From assembly GCA_039096225.1 (NCBI GenBank), contig JBBPEB010000017.1:186001-250000 (forward strand): a stretch of DNA of 64,000 nt. The letters are read 5' to 3'. Position numbers and translations under genes: made by a program. This document shows positions 38,550 to 53,653 of the stretch, piece after piece; positions within the stretch are counted from its first letter, which is position 1, and every line of letters starts with the position of its first letter. The DNA comes from Blastocystis sp. Blastoise (taxonomy: Eukaryota > Protista > Bigyra: Opalinata). The notes beneath the pieces are model-generated. The model was given only the letters and a program-made list of their open reading frames with translations. It searched no databases and was not told the origin of the DNA.

Positions 38550-39460
38550 CACTTAAATTCAACTATAATGACAATGTAATTTATGTTAATATAGTTTAAA
38601 ATAAATTTTGTTATATATATATATTAAATAAATACTTTAGAAAATGTTATACTCTATTATGAACATCATAAATCAAGGATAAAAGAACAAACAAAACTTG
38701 CAAATTTTTTTAGAAGAATCTTCATGAAAATAATTAAAAAATGATTAGAGAATTGCTAAAAGACCGCGAATATATTTTGAAAGATCTATTTTGTTGAATA
38801 TGTCTCTTTAAGCAATTTATGAGCATTTAAAATGTTTTTGTAGATCAATTCATGCAATATAGATTCGTATAAAGAGGAAAAAATACTGATATTAATGATT
38901 TTTTATTTTTTTATTTGTTTTTCTTATAACTAAACTTGTTCAAGCCTTGATTTTATGCTCTAAGAATTCTAAAATAATAGATAGATATGTTCAAGTGATT
39001 TAAACTCTTTTTCTATAATGTGAATTTAGTCTTTTTAGATTTACTTACGAATTATTCAATAATTGTAATTAATATGATTTATATATATGCTTTTCTAGTC
39101 TATCTCATAGTTAAAAATCAAAATATATCTTAGTTTAACCACATAAAAACGTATTTTGTGTAATAGTTGATATAAATTCATAATAAAATAGTTCATTGAG
39201 TATAACAACAATCCTAATATATAAATATTAATTAAAATGGATCATATATACAAAAGGAACAGATGTACATAGATAAAACAATCAAACATGAGTTTTAAAA
39301 CTTGTGAATTCATTTGAGGGATTCAGTTTACAACTGAAATTGTTTTAATTATTTTTATCATTTTTATACTGTCTATTTCTCATTCATATTCAATATTTAA
39401 CACGTATTTTTTATTGTAAACACAAGAATAAGTTGTTTCTGTTATTATGATAATTAAATA

Positions 39461-40693
39461 ATGTTTGAAGAAAAGATGCAAAAAACAAATTGTCAAGAAA
39501 AACGAAGTATCTTTTCTATTAATACATACTGATCATAAATATATAATTTTTAAAGTATCATTTATATTATAGGAAAAATCAAAAATCACAATTTCAAATT
39601 ATCTTCTACACAAATATCCTAATTCCATGCCTTCTTTGGTATCTATGAATACTAATGATTTCACAGAAGAATAAAAATCTTATTACATTGATCTTCCTAG
39701 CTTATTAATACATAAAATGATCCCATTTATGGAGAATGCAAAAATTCTTGATGTTTTGCCTTTAAAAGATATGATTTCAATTTATTCAGATATACATTAT
39801 TTTTTTGGAGATGAATCCTATGAAGATGAGATAAAAATATATACATTTCTTTGTGATTCTTTACATAGTTATGTTGTGAATAATAATTGTGAACTGTATT
39901 TTATTTTATAAATATATATAGAATTAATGAAAGCGATGAAATGAAAATTCTAAGATTTCAACTCATTATTCATGGTATATTTATTTCATTTTATTATTAT
40001 TATATATATGAATGTATAGATATCATAACAGAAGAGAGAAATCAATTATTCTATCAATATTCTCAATTATTTGATTTCTTTAATATTACAATTGTTACTT
40101 TAAAATGTATATTTATATAATATATATATATTAATATATATAGTTGATTTCTCTGATGTTATTTCTTATGAATATATATATCCCTATAATTTAATTTATT
40201 ATTTCCAAAATTAGATATTTAGAAAATCTGTTTTATATATAATAAAGTAATATAATTATATATATATATATATATAGGTTCTTATTATTCTTCTCAAATA
40301 GATATACCAATAAATTCTAGTCATACTGATTATGGGAATTCTATAAAGAATATAAACATAGTTATTATGAGAAATAATATCCTAGAGTATATAATAATTG
40401 TAAAAGAAATCATTATATAAATAAGAATGAATATGCAAATAGAGTTCATATCGTTAAAGATAATCATGGAAATAATAAAGAAGATGAAATAATTCAGAAA
40501 GAGATGATATCTATTGATATTAATAATGATTTTCAAACTATAAATAATGATGATAAACCTGATTATTGTATATTATTATGTATATTATAAATAATCATTT
40601 GTATAAATAAATTATGATATATCAATTATTATTTTTAATTATTCCCTTATTATGAAGTTATAAATACTTATAAATGGAATATTGAATTATTAT

Positions 40694-40731
<38 letters not shown>

Positions 40732-40900
40732 TTCAATAGTTGATAAAAAGTTGGTATTAAATGTATGTTTTATATATAATTATATATATATATTAAGTTT
40801 CTTGTATTAAATATAAAGATTCTTCAATATTTTTTTGATATAAAAATGATATAAGAGAACTATCAGAATATTCATACTTTTTTATTTTGAAATCATTGAA
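39461..40900 (+). pseudogene. Decayed divergent BTB/LRR-like family copy
   Basis: KYPNSM...FTEE*KSYYIDLP, IITEERNQLFYQYSQLF (cf. LLTPQRKDELFYYSLL) and ISYEYIYP (cf. IPLEYICP); stops and frameshifts. The 3' end is approximate. Confidence 0.65.
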
Positions 40901-41549
40901 TGTCAGATAGAGAAACCAAATTATTATAAAGAATAATGAAATATGATTTATATATATATATTATTTATAAATATTAATGATACATTATTATTGTTTTAAA
41001 AGAATACTAATTATTTTCATTAAATTTATATTTATAAGAGTTCTATTTAATTATATTTCTCATAAAATTTTATTTAATATACTATTAAGAGAAACAAGAC
41101 TATATAAAAGAATTTCAGCAACTTATACCAGTTTACTTTATAAAGTATATACTAATAAAAGGTTTATATACTTATATTATAAACATTATAATAAGTTGTA
41201 TATTAATAAAGCAATGAGAAAAAAATAAATAAATCATCATCATTAGATAAATTATTGTATAGTAGTTATCCTTAGCATTATACAAACAATAAATTTTTAC
41301 AAAATAAAAATCTGTTCTAAATATATTAGATAGTTAATTGTAAAAACGGTAGTCACATTATCATGAAAATTCTTTCAAAAGTATTGGAAAACTCTACTAG
41401 TGATTACTATTATTCAATTAATTTCAATGAAATAATACTTCTATTATAATATAAAAATAACAAAAACAAAAATAAATATAAAAAAGAATAAATAATAATC
41501 AGATATAGCATTAGATAGATATTAAAAAAGGATAAATATAAAACTATTT

Positions 41550-43627
41550 TTACCATATTTTGTCGAATTTATAACGTATATAATTATTATGTTTATATGA
41601 CCAATCACTCAATTGTTTTTCATATATACCAATTTTTTTATATAAATCATACTCTATATAATATAATATCGGTAAAAATAATTGTTTATATACCGATATT
41701 AAAAACTAATTCTTCCAATTTAGGAATCTTTCCAGTAGTAATAAAATTGGTCAGTTTTGACAATTGTTCCTCATCATAAATACATATGTTTAAACTTCTT
41801 ATATTTTGAGTTTTATTTTCATTTATACAATCAAATAATGTTTCTATCTCATATTTATTCATCTCTTTTTCTATTTATACATTATATATATATATATATA
41901 TATTTATACTATCTGTAACAATAATTGTATTCATAAATGAATTACTATCATATTTATATCGAAAGATTGAAGTTTTAGGATCATAAATATAGTCATAATT
42001 ATAAAGATTTTTCCATTCTATAAAAAATTAAATAATAATGAATATGAATAGAATCAATATTATTATTAGCATACCACCTAAACAGACAATACTTGATGAT
42101 TGAAAGTTATTATTATTCATATATGTACAAAATGTTTTAATAAAAGAACTCCACCATTCTCTATTACCTTCTCCATCACCTTCTTTATCTATATATATAC
42201 TTATTATTTAATGAAAAAAATTATTACACAATGATACGATGATATATATAAAAATCATGAATTATAATACAAAATATAATAATTATTATATACAAAACTT
42301 GATATATTTTAATTGAGGGAAATTATCTATAGTATAAAGTTTTAAAAAGTTCTCATCCAATATATCATTGATTCCTAAATTAATATTCATAAAAATATAT
42401 TAGATTGAAATATATAATATACTTTAACTAAAATATTATATGTTTAATAAATATATACCAATAACTAATTGAGTTGTATTATGAAAACAACCTTTAGGAA
42501 TTAATTGACTTTTAAAACTCATATAGCGATCTAATAAAATAGTTTTATTAATTAAATAAACTATTATTATACATAATAATTATATATAAATAATTACCTT
42601 CTATTCTAACAATAGAAGCCTTTGGAATTAATTTTTCCAAAATATTTTCATATGTAGAAAAATATTCAAAGTATAAATCTTCAGTATTTCTCGATCCTAT
42701 ATATATATTCATGTGTTTTTTATATAATATACGACTAATCGTTAATGTATGAATAGTATTAAATTTATTGTCATTAAAAAGAGTTGATATCCATGCTAAA
42801 GAGTCTATACTCATACCATCATCAACTATAGATATTATACAAAGAATTTTAAATATATATATATATATTATATTATATACAAAAAATAGTTAAATCATTC
42901 AAATGTTGTAATACATTACTATTTAAGAATCTCTTTAATGAATCTCTTTGATCAATTTCTTCTGGATTATTATCTATAAATGAATAAATATTATTATTAT
43001 ATATTAATATATATAATCATTAAAAAGAAACAAATACTCTTGAATGATATATTTAAATAGTCAATATTTTGTTTATTATTTCCAATAGAATCCAATACTG
43101 TCATACTTTCAGAACGAGAAGAATCAACTGTAAAAGAAAGTATATATATGAGATAAAATGAATAAAAGAATTTAAAAAAAATAAATAAAATGATATACTA
43201 AGAAGACTATCAAACGAAATAAAATTTCTCTCTAATAATTCATTTAAATGAGGAAAATGACAAAATGTTTGATCTATATACAAATTAAATGAATATAATT
43301 AATTATATAAACAGTATGATAATTATAAATATATATATGATACCTCCATAATTATTAAATATATCAATATGAATTGAATGAGTATAAACATATTTATCTA
43401 AAAGAGAAGCTACTTCCTCTTTTTTAAAAAGATCAATATCGTATATATGAATTGTATCAATCATAGATATTAACTTAGTAGGAAATAGAGACTCAAAATT
43501 CTTTGTAGCTAGATTAAGTGTAATAGTTTATTTATTAATATATAAATTTACTTATTTCAATATCGTAATTGATAATATGTAATTTTGGGAAACATTCTTT
43601 CTTTAGTAAAGATAATTTGAAAGATTC

Positions 43628-43676
<49 letters not shown>

Positions 43677-45335
43677 TATGTCTATGACAATCATTATCAT
43701 TATATATAAGTTCAGTAACATTTGGAAATACATGAGTTGTCATTATTTTGTTAAATAGATTTTCATCAATTTTTTGAGTTGATTCCTTAACTATATAAAA
43801 TAATAATGTTGATAATAATTATTATTAAAATAATAATACACTCGGCAACATTTAATACAGTTGAAGAATCAAAAAGTCCTTCTTCAAATAATTTTACAAA
43901 AACCACAGAATCATAATTAAAATGCCAATCTAAAACAATTAATTATATTAATTATACATTTATTTACATTTAATTAAAATAATTTTTGAAATAGATAAAT
44001 AGGAAGGAAGAAGTAATAATTGAGATATACCATATTCAGAAGAAACGCCATTAATACTATTTAATATATATTAGCATAAATGTATAATAAAAAAATATAA
44101 TTATTTACATTAATGTTTTATCGTTTGTTTTATCTATATATTATAATAATAAATAATATGTATAAAACAATATATATTTACCATTATATTTTATTTTAAC
44201 TTCATCATGTAATGTATATCTATCTTTTGTTTTATTAATTTTAACATTTGAATAATCATTTGTATATATAGCTTCATTAATAATATATTTATATAATTTT
44301 GGTAATTCGTTCTTTTCTCTTTTTTCATAATAGGAGTCAATCAATTTATTAGAATAATATAAATGATTAAGATCTAAAGATGAAATGTTATTATATTCAT
44401 TCATTTCTGATTCAGTGTAATAATCATATTTTTCAAATGTATTTAATCTATAGTTATATCCATCAAATAAACGTATATATTCCATTATATATTCATCACT
44501 ATTTGGATTTAATAATAACTCAGTTTTCTTGTAATGCGTAATTGCTATAATATATTTATTAATATTAATTATATATATACCAGTTATATATAATTCTTCT
44601 ACACAAGGAAATATATCTTGAATACAAGATGGACATATATATTCTAATGGAATATTTGAGGCGTAATCATCTATATATATACTATAATATATTATGTTAA
44701 ATATATATACATTTAATATAAACTTTATTAATATTCATCATTTTAATAAGAAGAGAATAATAGAATAATTCATCTTTTCGTTGAGGAGTCAATAATCCTA
44801 TATATAACATTGTATATAATGTATTATAAATAATAATCATAGAATTACCCTTTATAGATATTGATATCCTTTTTGAACTAAACAAATCCATAGGCATACG
44901 TGATGTGACGTAATCGCTATAAGATCCATCTACACAATAATTATTATCATTCAAATATTTATAGAATAATTCTTTAACATAAAATAATAATTCGCACTGA
45001 AATTCATCATTAATTATTACATGATATTCAAGAAGTGTTTTATATATATCATAACCATTTTTCAAATCTAGTGTAGAAAAAACTATGTTGTCTTCCATTA
45101 AAAAATTTATCACTTTTTCCATATGAAACGGAAGCATATCTATATAATAACTACCATCATCATATTTATCAGAATGCGTGACAATATCATAAAAAGAAAA
45201 TTGAGTATATTTCTCAATAAATTCTCTTGAAATCCATAATTTTGTCTCATCCTGGAATGTAAATAAATCTAAAGATAAGATAGCATAGTATTATTTATAT
45301 TCAATACATTTATCTTCAGATAATTCTTCTGACAT
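41550..45335 (-). CDS. BTB/POZ-like + LRR-like repeat family protein (intact)
   Basis: ATG at 45335 (MSEELSEDKY-LFTFQDETKLW). About 22 exons in frame, all introns phase 1 except one phase 2. Ends YIRYKFDKIW-TAA. Confidence 0.85.
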
Positions 45336-46958
45336 GACTTTCTAAGCTATATAAACACAACGATTACAAAAAGAAAATGCAAAAAAAAGTCAATATTTTA
45401 GACTATAAAACATATAGATTCATAAAATATACTGTTATAAATTAAGTTTATGAGAATATTTTAATTATTTGTGAAATAGCAAAGCAAAATAAAAATGAGA
45501 TCAATTTTTTATTTCTTTATATAAAAAGGTAGTATTTCGTATATCTTGATTACTATGAAAAGTGATTAAATCACGGTTAAATAAAAAGATGTGCTTCATA
45601 ATTGCATTTTTTCCACAATTAAATTTTTTTTAAATATCTAGAATATTCATGATTTTTCCAAATTTATATTTCTTTTTTTAATCAATATGTTTTAGTCGTT
45701 TATATTAATAATATCTTCATTAAAAGACTTCACTACGTTGTACTTGCTATCTACTATTTGTTTTGAAAGTATTGTAGAAATTAATAAGAGAATTATTATG
45801 GTTGATTAACTATTTATTGACTTAGAGCTTATTTATTCTATTTATTATATTGCTACAACTATGGTAGACATCTTAAATACATTATTATAAGAAATTTATG
45901 AACTATTGTTGATCTTTTGAACAATAAGTTGAAAATAAAGTAAGAGAAATATTATAAATATGTTATCATATTATAAATTTCCAATTCCAATGAGTCGAAT
46001 AGCTTATTATACTATAATTAATAAGAAATATAATTATTTTCTGTATAACAGAAAGAAAAACATATTTATTCATATTTATTTATTTTTTTATCTTCTTGAT
46101 TATGAAAATAGATTATTTTTGAGTATTTTAATGTAAATAGAAATAAGTAAAAAAAAAATAAGTTGATATGTACGAAGAAACTATATTTCATTTTTATACT
46201 ATTTGTAATAACAGCAACTGAATGTATTATTTTAGCAAATACATATATAATTGAATGTTTATAAAGAACACATATTTTGATATAATAGTTTCATCAAAAC
46301 TATTTTAAATACTATATATGTCAATTCTATTTTATTACATGAGAAAGAACTAAATAAGAAAATAATTAAACAAAAATTCATACTATTAATAGATAATATG
46401 TATATATTATATAAATAACTTATTTAAACAATATAATAACTCATAAATATTTATAACAGTGTCTTCCCAACATTTTGTTATACTTGTGGTGACTGTCACA
46501 AAAAATACTTCACTGGTGGGCAGCTTTTTCCCTTTTATACCAGGTTCCCCATAAATTTATACCAAAATTACGAAAAAATCGGTCTTTAATTTTTTTTATA
46601 CCGACGAAAGTAATTTATACCACAAAAATAAAAATAAACTTGGTATAATGTTGTGTAGACACTCATATAAATTCGTTGTTTTATATTTATATATTTATAT
46701 CTAAGAAATTGATAGTAAGATGTTTTATTTGTATATTAACTGATAATTTAAGACTTTCTATAACATATTCAAGAAATTATCCACAATATCTAGGACAATC
46801 ATTTTTAATTTTTGTTCGGCAATTTACTTAATTGAATTATTCACGTATACTAACGAATTCACAGACTCGAAAGAACATAGAATTAAATATGAATTATGAT
46901 AAAGTTGCCATTCTTATGAATGTCAGAAAATTGTCACTGGTGGACCATTTTCTTGTCC

Positions 46959-46976
46959 AGGGTTAGGGTTAGGGTT
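46959..46976 (+). repeat. Three telomere-type AGGGTT units
   Basis: AGGGTTAGGGTTAGGGTT directly downstream of a second CACTGGTGG at 46935. Confidence 0.7.
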
Positions 46977-47249
46977 TGAGTTCAGTTTAAGACAAAAAAA
47001 GAAAAAAATCGGTCGAAAAAAAGTCTTTAACTAACAAAAGAAAAAATGTATAAAAAAAATTTATTTCTTTAAAAAATCAAAAATTTATTTTTAAGCTTAT
47101 CCAGCTTTGTTGATTGCTTTTCATTTATTTTCAAGCATCAACTATCTCAGGAAGTCTGTGAATCTTTATACTAGTAAATATTTTATAATTATTTTATATA
47201 CAAATACTTAATCAGTAATTATGTTATCATTTATTTATTTTTAGAACTT

Positions 47250-50200
47250 ATAGGTGTCACCAATAGTTTCAAGCCTTCTCTTTAGTCACGCAGGTCTCTT
47301 CAAAAGTATATAAATATAAAATATAATAATTTTGTCTAATTTCTATTTTATTTATTTAGGTTGTAATTGAATGAGATCATTCAATTTGTTTGAATGGTAG
47401 TAATGGATGGTTTCAAATCAAAATAAATTCAAAACAAATCAAAAGTGAGAGAATGGGAAGACATTCATTTCTGTATATATTTATTATTATTTATTCTTTT
47501 ATTTATTTTACTTTATTCACTATCTATATTACTTTAGGGTTATTATCGAATCTTGAAAGAGTTGCGTAATTGAAAAGAAGAATTTCTTCCTATTTGTTTT
47601 TAGGTATATATAAATATTATTATTATTATTATTATTTTTATGCTATTTTATTTAATTTATTTGATATATTCATTCAAATATATTAAATAATATTTTTTTA
47701 TATAATTCTTTATTTTTAATTTAATTATTTACTTTTATATATAGTTTTGTATATATAGGTGTTATAGTATTTATTAATAGAAATATATATTTATTCTTAT
47801 AGTTTTTTTTTATATTTTATATATTCATTCTATTTATTGTTTATATAGTATTAGTTGATTCGTTGAACAAATATCTCAAGGTTTATTATTAAATATTATT
47901 GTATATAAATATTTTATTATTATTTTTTTTCTTTTTTAATATATATATATAAAATATATATATTTATTTTTAAATTATTTAAAAAAATATTATATATATA
48001 GGTATCGAATTCTATTAGAATACTGAGAATTAATTATTATGAATATAGAATAGAGGTTATTACTACTTTTCTCCATTATAATATGGTATATATATATATA
48101 TATATATATATAATTTAATAGAAATAATATAGTATACTATAATATATTTATTATATATCTATATCTATAGAAGGATATAATAAATGATAATTAATGAAGA
48201 AGTCTATTATTATATTGATTATTAGAATCTTCATGATATATATATATATATAATTATGTGTATATCTATTATTAAATCTATTATTATATATATATATTTT
48301 ATACATATATATTATTATTATATTGTTTATTATTATTCTATATATTATTATATATTAATCTATATTATCTATATATAGTTCTTCAGGATAATAAGAAGTA
48401 GATAATTTTATGTTATTCTCATCATTAAAGATATAAATGTTTTTATTCCTAATAATAATAACGATTTGGAGAATAAATTTATTAGTAAATATCTTTATAT
48501 GAATTAATCTTTTTTTGTATATATATATATATATATATAATACTTATATATATTTAAATCATATTATTGTATAATAAATTTATATATATATATAGTTTTA
48601 AATAGTATGTAATAGAAGTTGAGAGAGTATATAAGGTTTTCCATTTCTTGGTTTATAAGGTATGATTAATATATTTCTATTAATAGATAGTTTATATAGA
48701 TCTTCAATTGGTTCTTAAGTCTCTCTCTTGGTCAAACCTGTATTTTTTCTTATTGTTTCTCTTCCTTGAATATAATAAGAATCGAGTTGTTTAAGTGTTA
48801 GATTCTCTGTATTTATATAAAATAATAATTTATTATCAGTCACTAGGAATATCATATATAGGTATCCTATTATCTTTATCTTTTAGAAATGATGAAAAAG
48901 ATACTATTATCATGATGATATAATGATGAATATTAACAAATATCTTTCTTCTTTATTTGACATAGATTGATTTCATCTTTTCTTATTCCTTTAGATACAC
49001 TATATGGATATGTATTGCATTATGGATTGAAGTTTTTATATAGATAGAATTGTAAGGCATAAGATACTAATAGAAAAGTATATATATATTTATTACTAGT
49101 ATTACTTTTATTCTATTTATTTTTTTTTATTATTACTATTTGTATTATATAGATAGATAGAAATATAGATATAGATAGACGTGTATCAATTATAATAAGA
49201 TTGTGTTTATTTATATATTTTTATTGTTTATAAAGATATGAATTTATTTGGGAATTATATAGAGTAATTACATTATTATAAACGTATATTTTTATTTATA
49301 ATATTTTTAAATATTTATATTATTATATATAGCTATTATAATTAGCTGAATATCATTAAAAGAAGATGATAAATAAGTTATAATGAGCAAACAAAAACAT
49401 CTTCTTCTTCTAGTTAATTATTTTTATATGATTTAAGATACTATTATGTATATTATTAAAAGAAATATTACTATTATTATTCTTTATATATAACATTTTA
49501 TATTACTATATACAATAAAATTATTATTATATCTCTCTCTATCTATAGCTATATTTTATGAATGTATCAAAGAAATATTATATACATTTATTGAGTATTA
49601 AATAAGTTATGATATGAAAAAAATAAAAACTCAAAATTATACATATAAGTATATATATCATAATTAATATATCTTTATTGATTTTTATTATAATATATAT
49701 ATAGTTAAATTTATTTATTCTTTTTTAAAAGAAAAATGAAGTTTACAATAAGTGTATATTATGTCTATAAAACAAGTAAAGATATGTATATATATATAAT
49801 TATTATTATTATTATTTAGCTACTATTCTATATATATGTATATATATTTGTCTATATTTATTTTTATATAAGTATATATAGTGTTAGAATCTATTATTCC
49901 TTTTTAAATACTCAAGATAACTTATATTGTATACTTTCTGGTACTACTATTTGTTCTATAGTATATAATGTTATTCTTATTATATCATAATTTTTTATTA
50001 GTAGAGAAATTTATATATATATATGTTTTTTTTTAACAAAATATTTAAAATAATATATCTATTTATATATAGATCTTATTCCCGTGAATTTTCTTTATAT
50101 TTTTATATTAAGAATTAATGTATATAATTAGGTATATAAAGGTCTTGGAAATTATTAATTACTAATTTATTTTATTTTAAACTAACTGATATATATATAT

Positions 50201-50460
50201 ATAGATAAAATAAAGAAGAAATAGAAATGAAGAAGGAGAAAAAGAAAGAAGTTTTAGTGATATAGAGAAATATATTGAATGTTTCAGTATATATATATAT
50301 ACTTATTTATGTATATATAAAATTGTTTATGTTCATTTATTTATATATATTTAAATTGATCTGTGTGTATATTTATATTTGTATTTATATTTATATATGT
50401 TTATATAGCTAAATATATCTATCCTGAACATAAAATAATCCATAAACATTTACTAACTCA
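47250..50460 (+). pseudogene. Decayed intron-containing gene inside the transposon, possibly the transposase
   Basis: Host-style GTATAT..ATAG introns separate exon-like blocks full of stops. Fragments LIDSLYRSS...VKPVFFLIVSLP (~48680) and IPLDTLYGYVLHYG (~48985) loosely echo the EnSpm DG..SS..WP..LP and PxDxMH motifs. Confidence 0.4.
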
Positions 50461-52317
50461 TTCTTATATATATATTTACTTTTTATTATATATATATTTC
50501 TTTTTATTATTATAATACTAATATATTATTTTATTTATTCTCTTTGTATAATATATAATAGTTAATAATCTTTTAGTTTTTAATATGATTTAAAATGAAA
50601 ACAATTGAAAATAAAGCTTATATATATATATTTATAATATTTTTAGAAAAATATTTTTATTTATTGAAAATAACCTTAAAACCATTCGATTAAGCTTTTT
50701 AAAAGCTAATTTTACACTTATTCATCTCTACAAGTGTATTGATATTAAAAGAAAACATAAATATAATAAAATATTTTATCTCAGTATTTGTTAATCAGTT
50801 TGATAAAAGTTCATTATTTGTATATGTTTTGACTCAGAACAACTCACTGACAATCAATCGACACTACAATGTCAATAAAGCTCATAAGTAAAACTAATAT
50901 GAAAGTAATTGCCTTCAAGAATGGAAGTTTTTACACCAGTAACCTTAAAACCATTGTCAGAGTACAATTTATATATTTATAAGCAACCATATTACATAAT
51001 CATCAATATATACATTTTTCTTAACTTCAAAGTGAAGTTTTACTAAAAATATTACAGAGTCGAAATAACCCCTGGATTTTAGTACTTTTCTTATATATAA
51101 AAAAATTTCATACAAATTTATATTCAGGGGCATGCTTATTCTTTTTTTCAAGAAAACACTTACAAAAATCTTTATATTTATTAATATTTATAAAGTTGGT
51201 TGTTTTCTTTAAAATGGTATTTTTTTCATTCCCTATATATCTATTATTCTATAGCTTGTATATATAACTCAAATTATTCAAAAATAAGCACAGATTCTCT
51301 TGGTGATTATAAATATAGCTTCTTCTATAACGATCAGCTGATCAGAAATAACTTGATTTCAAAGGTAACCTCTCTTGTTGTTCTGCTTCAAGGAAATACG
51401 ATTCTCCATGAGCTCTTAAACTGTATGTATTTATTTATCCTTTTTTTAATTACATTTCTATAATTATATTTTTATAGGTTCCTTATATGAGTAGAAAACA
51501 AAGTCCTTGGTTCAAACTTAAATTATTATCTTTTTATATTTTGCATTATTTAATTGTTTATTCTTTAATTATTTTGTATTTTGTTATTTTTATTGTTTTT
51601 TATGCTTAAACAACTAAAATATGTATTAAAAGAAGACAAAGAAATAATGTGTTTAAAACAGTCTAAAATAACCCTAATGAAAGTCTAAAATGTAAATTAG
51701 ATGTTGTTATGGACATTTTTATCCAATATATATCAACAGTAAATACAGCCACTGTCATTATGGAATACCAAAAAAAAACATTAAAAATAAGTCGTAGTCA
51801 TAAAAAGATACATCCCCCGTAACTATAGGAATACAAAACCCACCATAAGTTTATACCAGGAAAAGTCCTGTATATACCAGAAAATCACTTTTTTTATACC
51901 AAAAAACAGCTAGGGTGCATACCAGAATTTTCACGATTTTAAAAAGCTGCCCACCAGTGCTTTAATATAGACTTTATATTTCTGAATATTGTTTTTAATT
52001 TTTCACACTCAAAAAGTATCAAAATTATTATATTTTTTTGTGTCAATTGCTACGCTGAAAAAAGAATGACCTCAGTGAAGAAACTGAACAAAACACGGAC
52101 TTTCAAAAGAAAGAAACGATAAAAGAAAAAAATATATATAGATGAAAAACTAGAAAAAAAGGAAATAATAAAAATAAATTAAAAACATATAAATTTGTAT
52201 ATAAATAATTGATAAATATTTATAAATACAAAGGTATATATATATGTAGGAACAAAAAGGAAGTTATAAAGTTATAATTAGAAAGTATATATATATATAA
52301 ATTTCTATATATATTAT

Positions 52318-52549
52318 TTAAACAGGAGACATAGAAGAAGAATTTTTAATAGATATATTTTCATTCCCATGAATAACTTCTTTAGTTTCTTGATGAATAT
52401 CTTCATTCCCCACGGGAATTGTTTCTTTGTTATCAACAGTTATTGCTAATGATATTCCTTGATCTTCTTTTTGTTCTTGAATTTTTGTTTCTATTTTAGG
52501 AACAGGACTAGAAGATTGCTTTATATGTGCTTCTAAATAATTCAATTTT

Positions 52550-52581
<32 letters not shown>

Positions 52582-53584
52582 GGTGTGTAAAAAAAAGCAG
52601 ATAAGAAAAATAGTTATTTAAGGTATATATATAAATAGATATTTATGTATATGATAAAAAAAAATGTAAAGAATGAAGATATATATATTTATATATAGAA
52701 TGATAATACTATACTTGTCTTGTTTTAGTATTAAGTATTTCTTATAGGCCATTAATATAATACATATACACATTATTCCTGCACCTACGAGAGACAACCA
52801 ATTCGCTTCTTTTTTCATCACTGTTATCTATATATATTATATATATTAAGTCAATTAGAAATTTAAAATATTATATATAAATTTTTATATATTATAATAA
52901 AAACAGCAACAAAAATGATATGATAATAAAATAATAATAAAATTATATATATATATATATATACTTGCCATATATAACTAAAGAATATATCAAGGAATCG
53001 AACAGCAGAAACAGGGCCAGCAGCACCGATTTGAAGGCCTCTATTTAATGCTACCTATATATATATTATATATTATATATTATTATTATTAGTGTATATT
53101 ATATTATAATAGCCACTTGTTAATCATATATACATAATTGAATATGTATAATTAAATATATATATATACTTGAGCTAGATATCCTAAAACCATGATTCCC
53201 GCGATATATGCCCAAATAAGGGGATCGTCGGTCTGAGGAATAACAGACTCACTTGTAATCCATGCTATATATATATATAAGTATAAAAACATTAAGAATA
53301 TATATAAATATAATAAATATAAAAATTACATATAAATATACATTCATACTAGTTGAATATATATATATAATACAAATAATATATATATATATAATACAAA
53401 TAATATATATATATATATACTTTGAATAAGAGCGACAACAATAGAGAGAACAGCGAAATATTCTAATACAATAGACGTAGGTACTTCTTTTCCTATCTTC
53501 TTCACAATAGCATATGTTAAAGCCATTAGTACTGATGATATTAAGGCAATTATACTGGGAATTGTGTAATCCTCAGTATTCTCA

Positions 53585-53653
<69 letters not shown>

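Larger units (their letters stand above)
46511..51959. mobile_element. CACTA/EnSpm (CMC)-type DNA transposon with CACTG termini, probably non-autonomous or decayed
   Basis: Perfect 19-bp TIR CACTGGTGGGCAGCTTTTT (46511-46529) / AAAAAGCTGCCCACCAGTG (51941-51959). 3-bp TSD CTT at 46508-46510 and 51960-51962. TATACC(A) subterminal repeats cluster at both ends. Confidence 0.9.
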
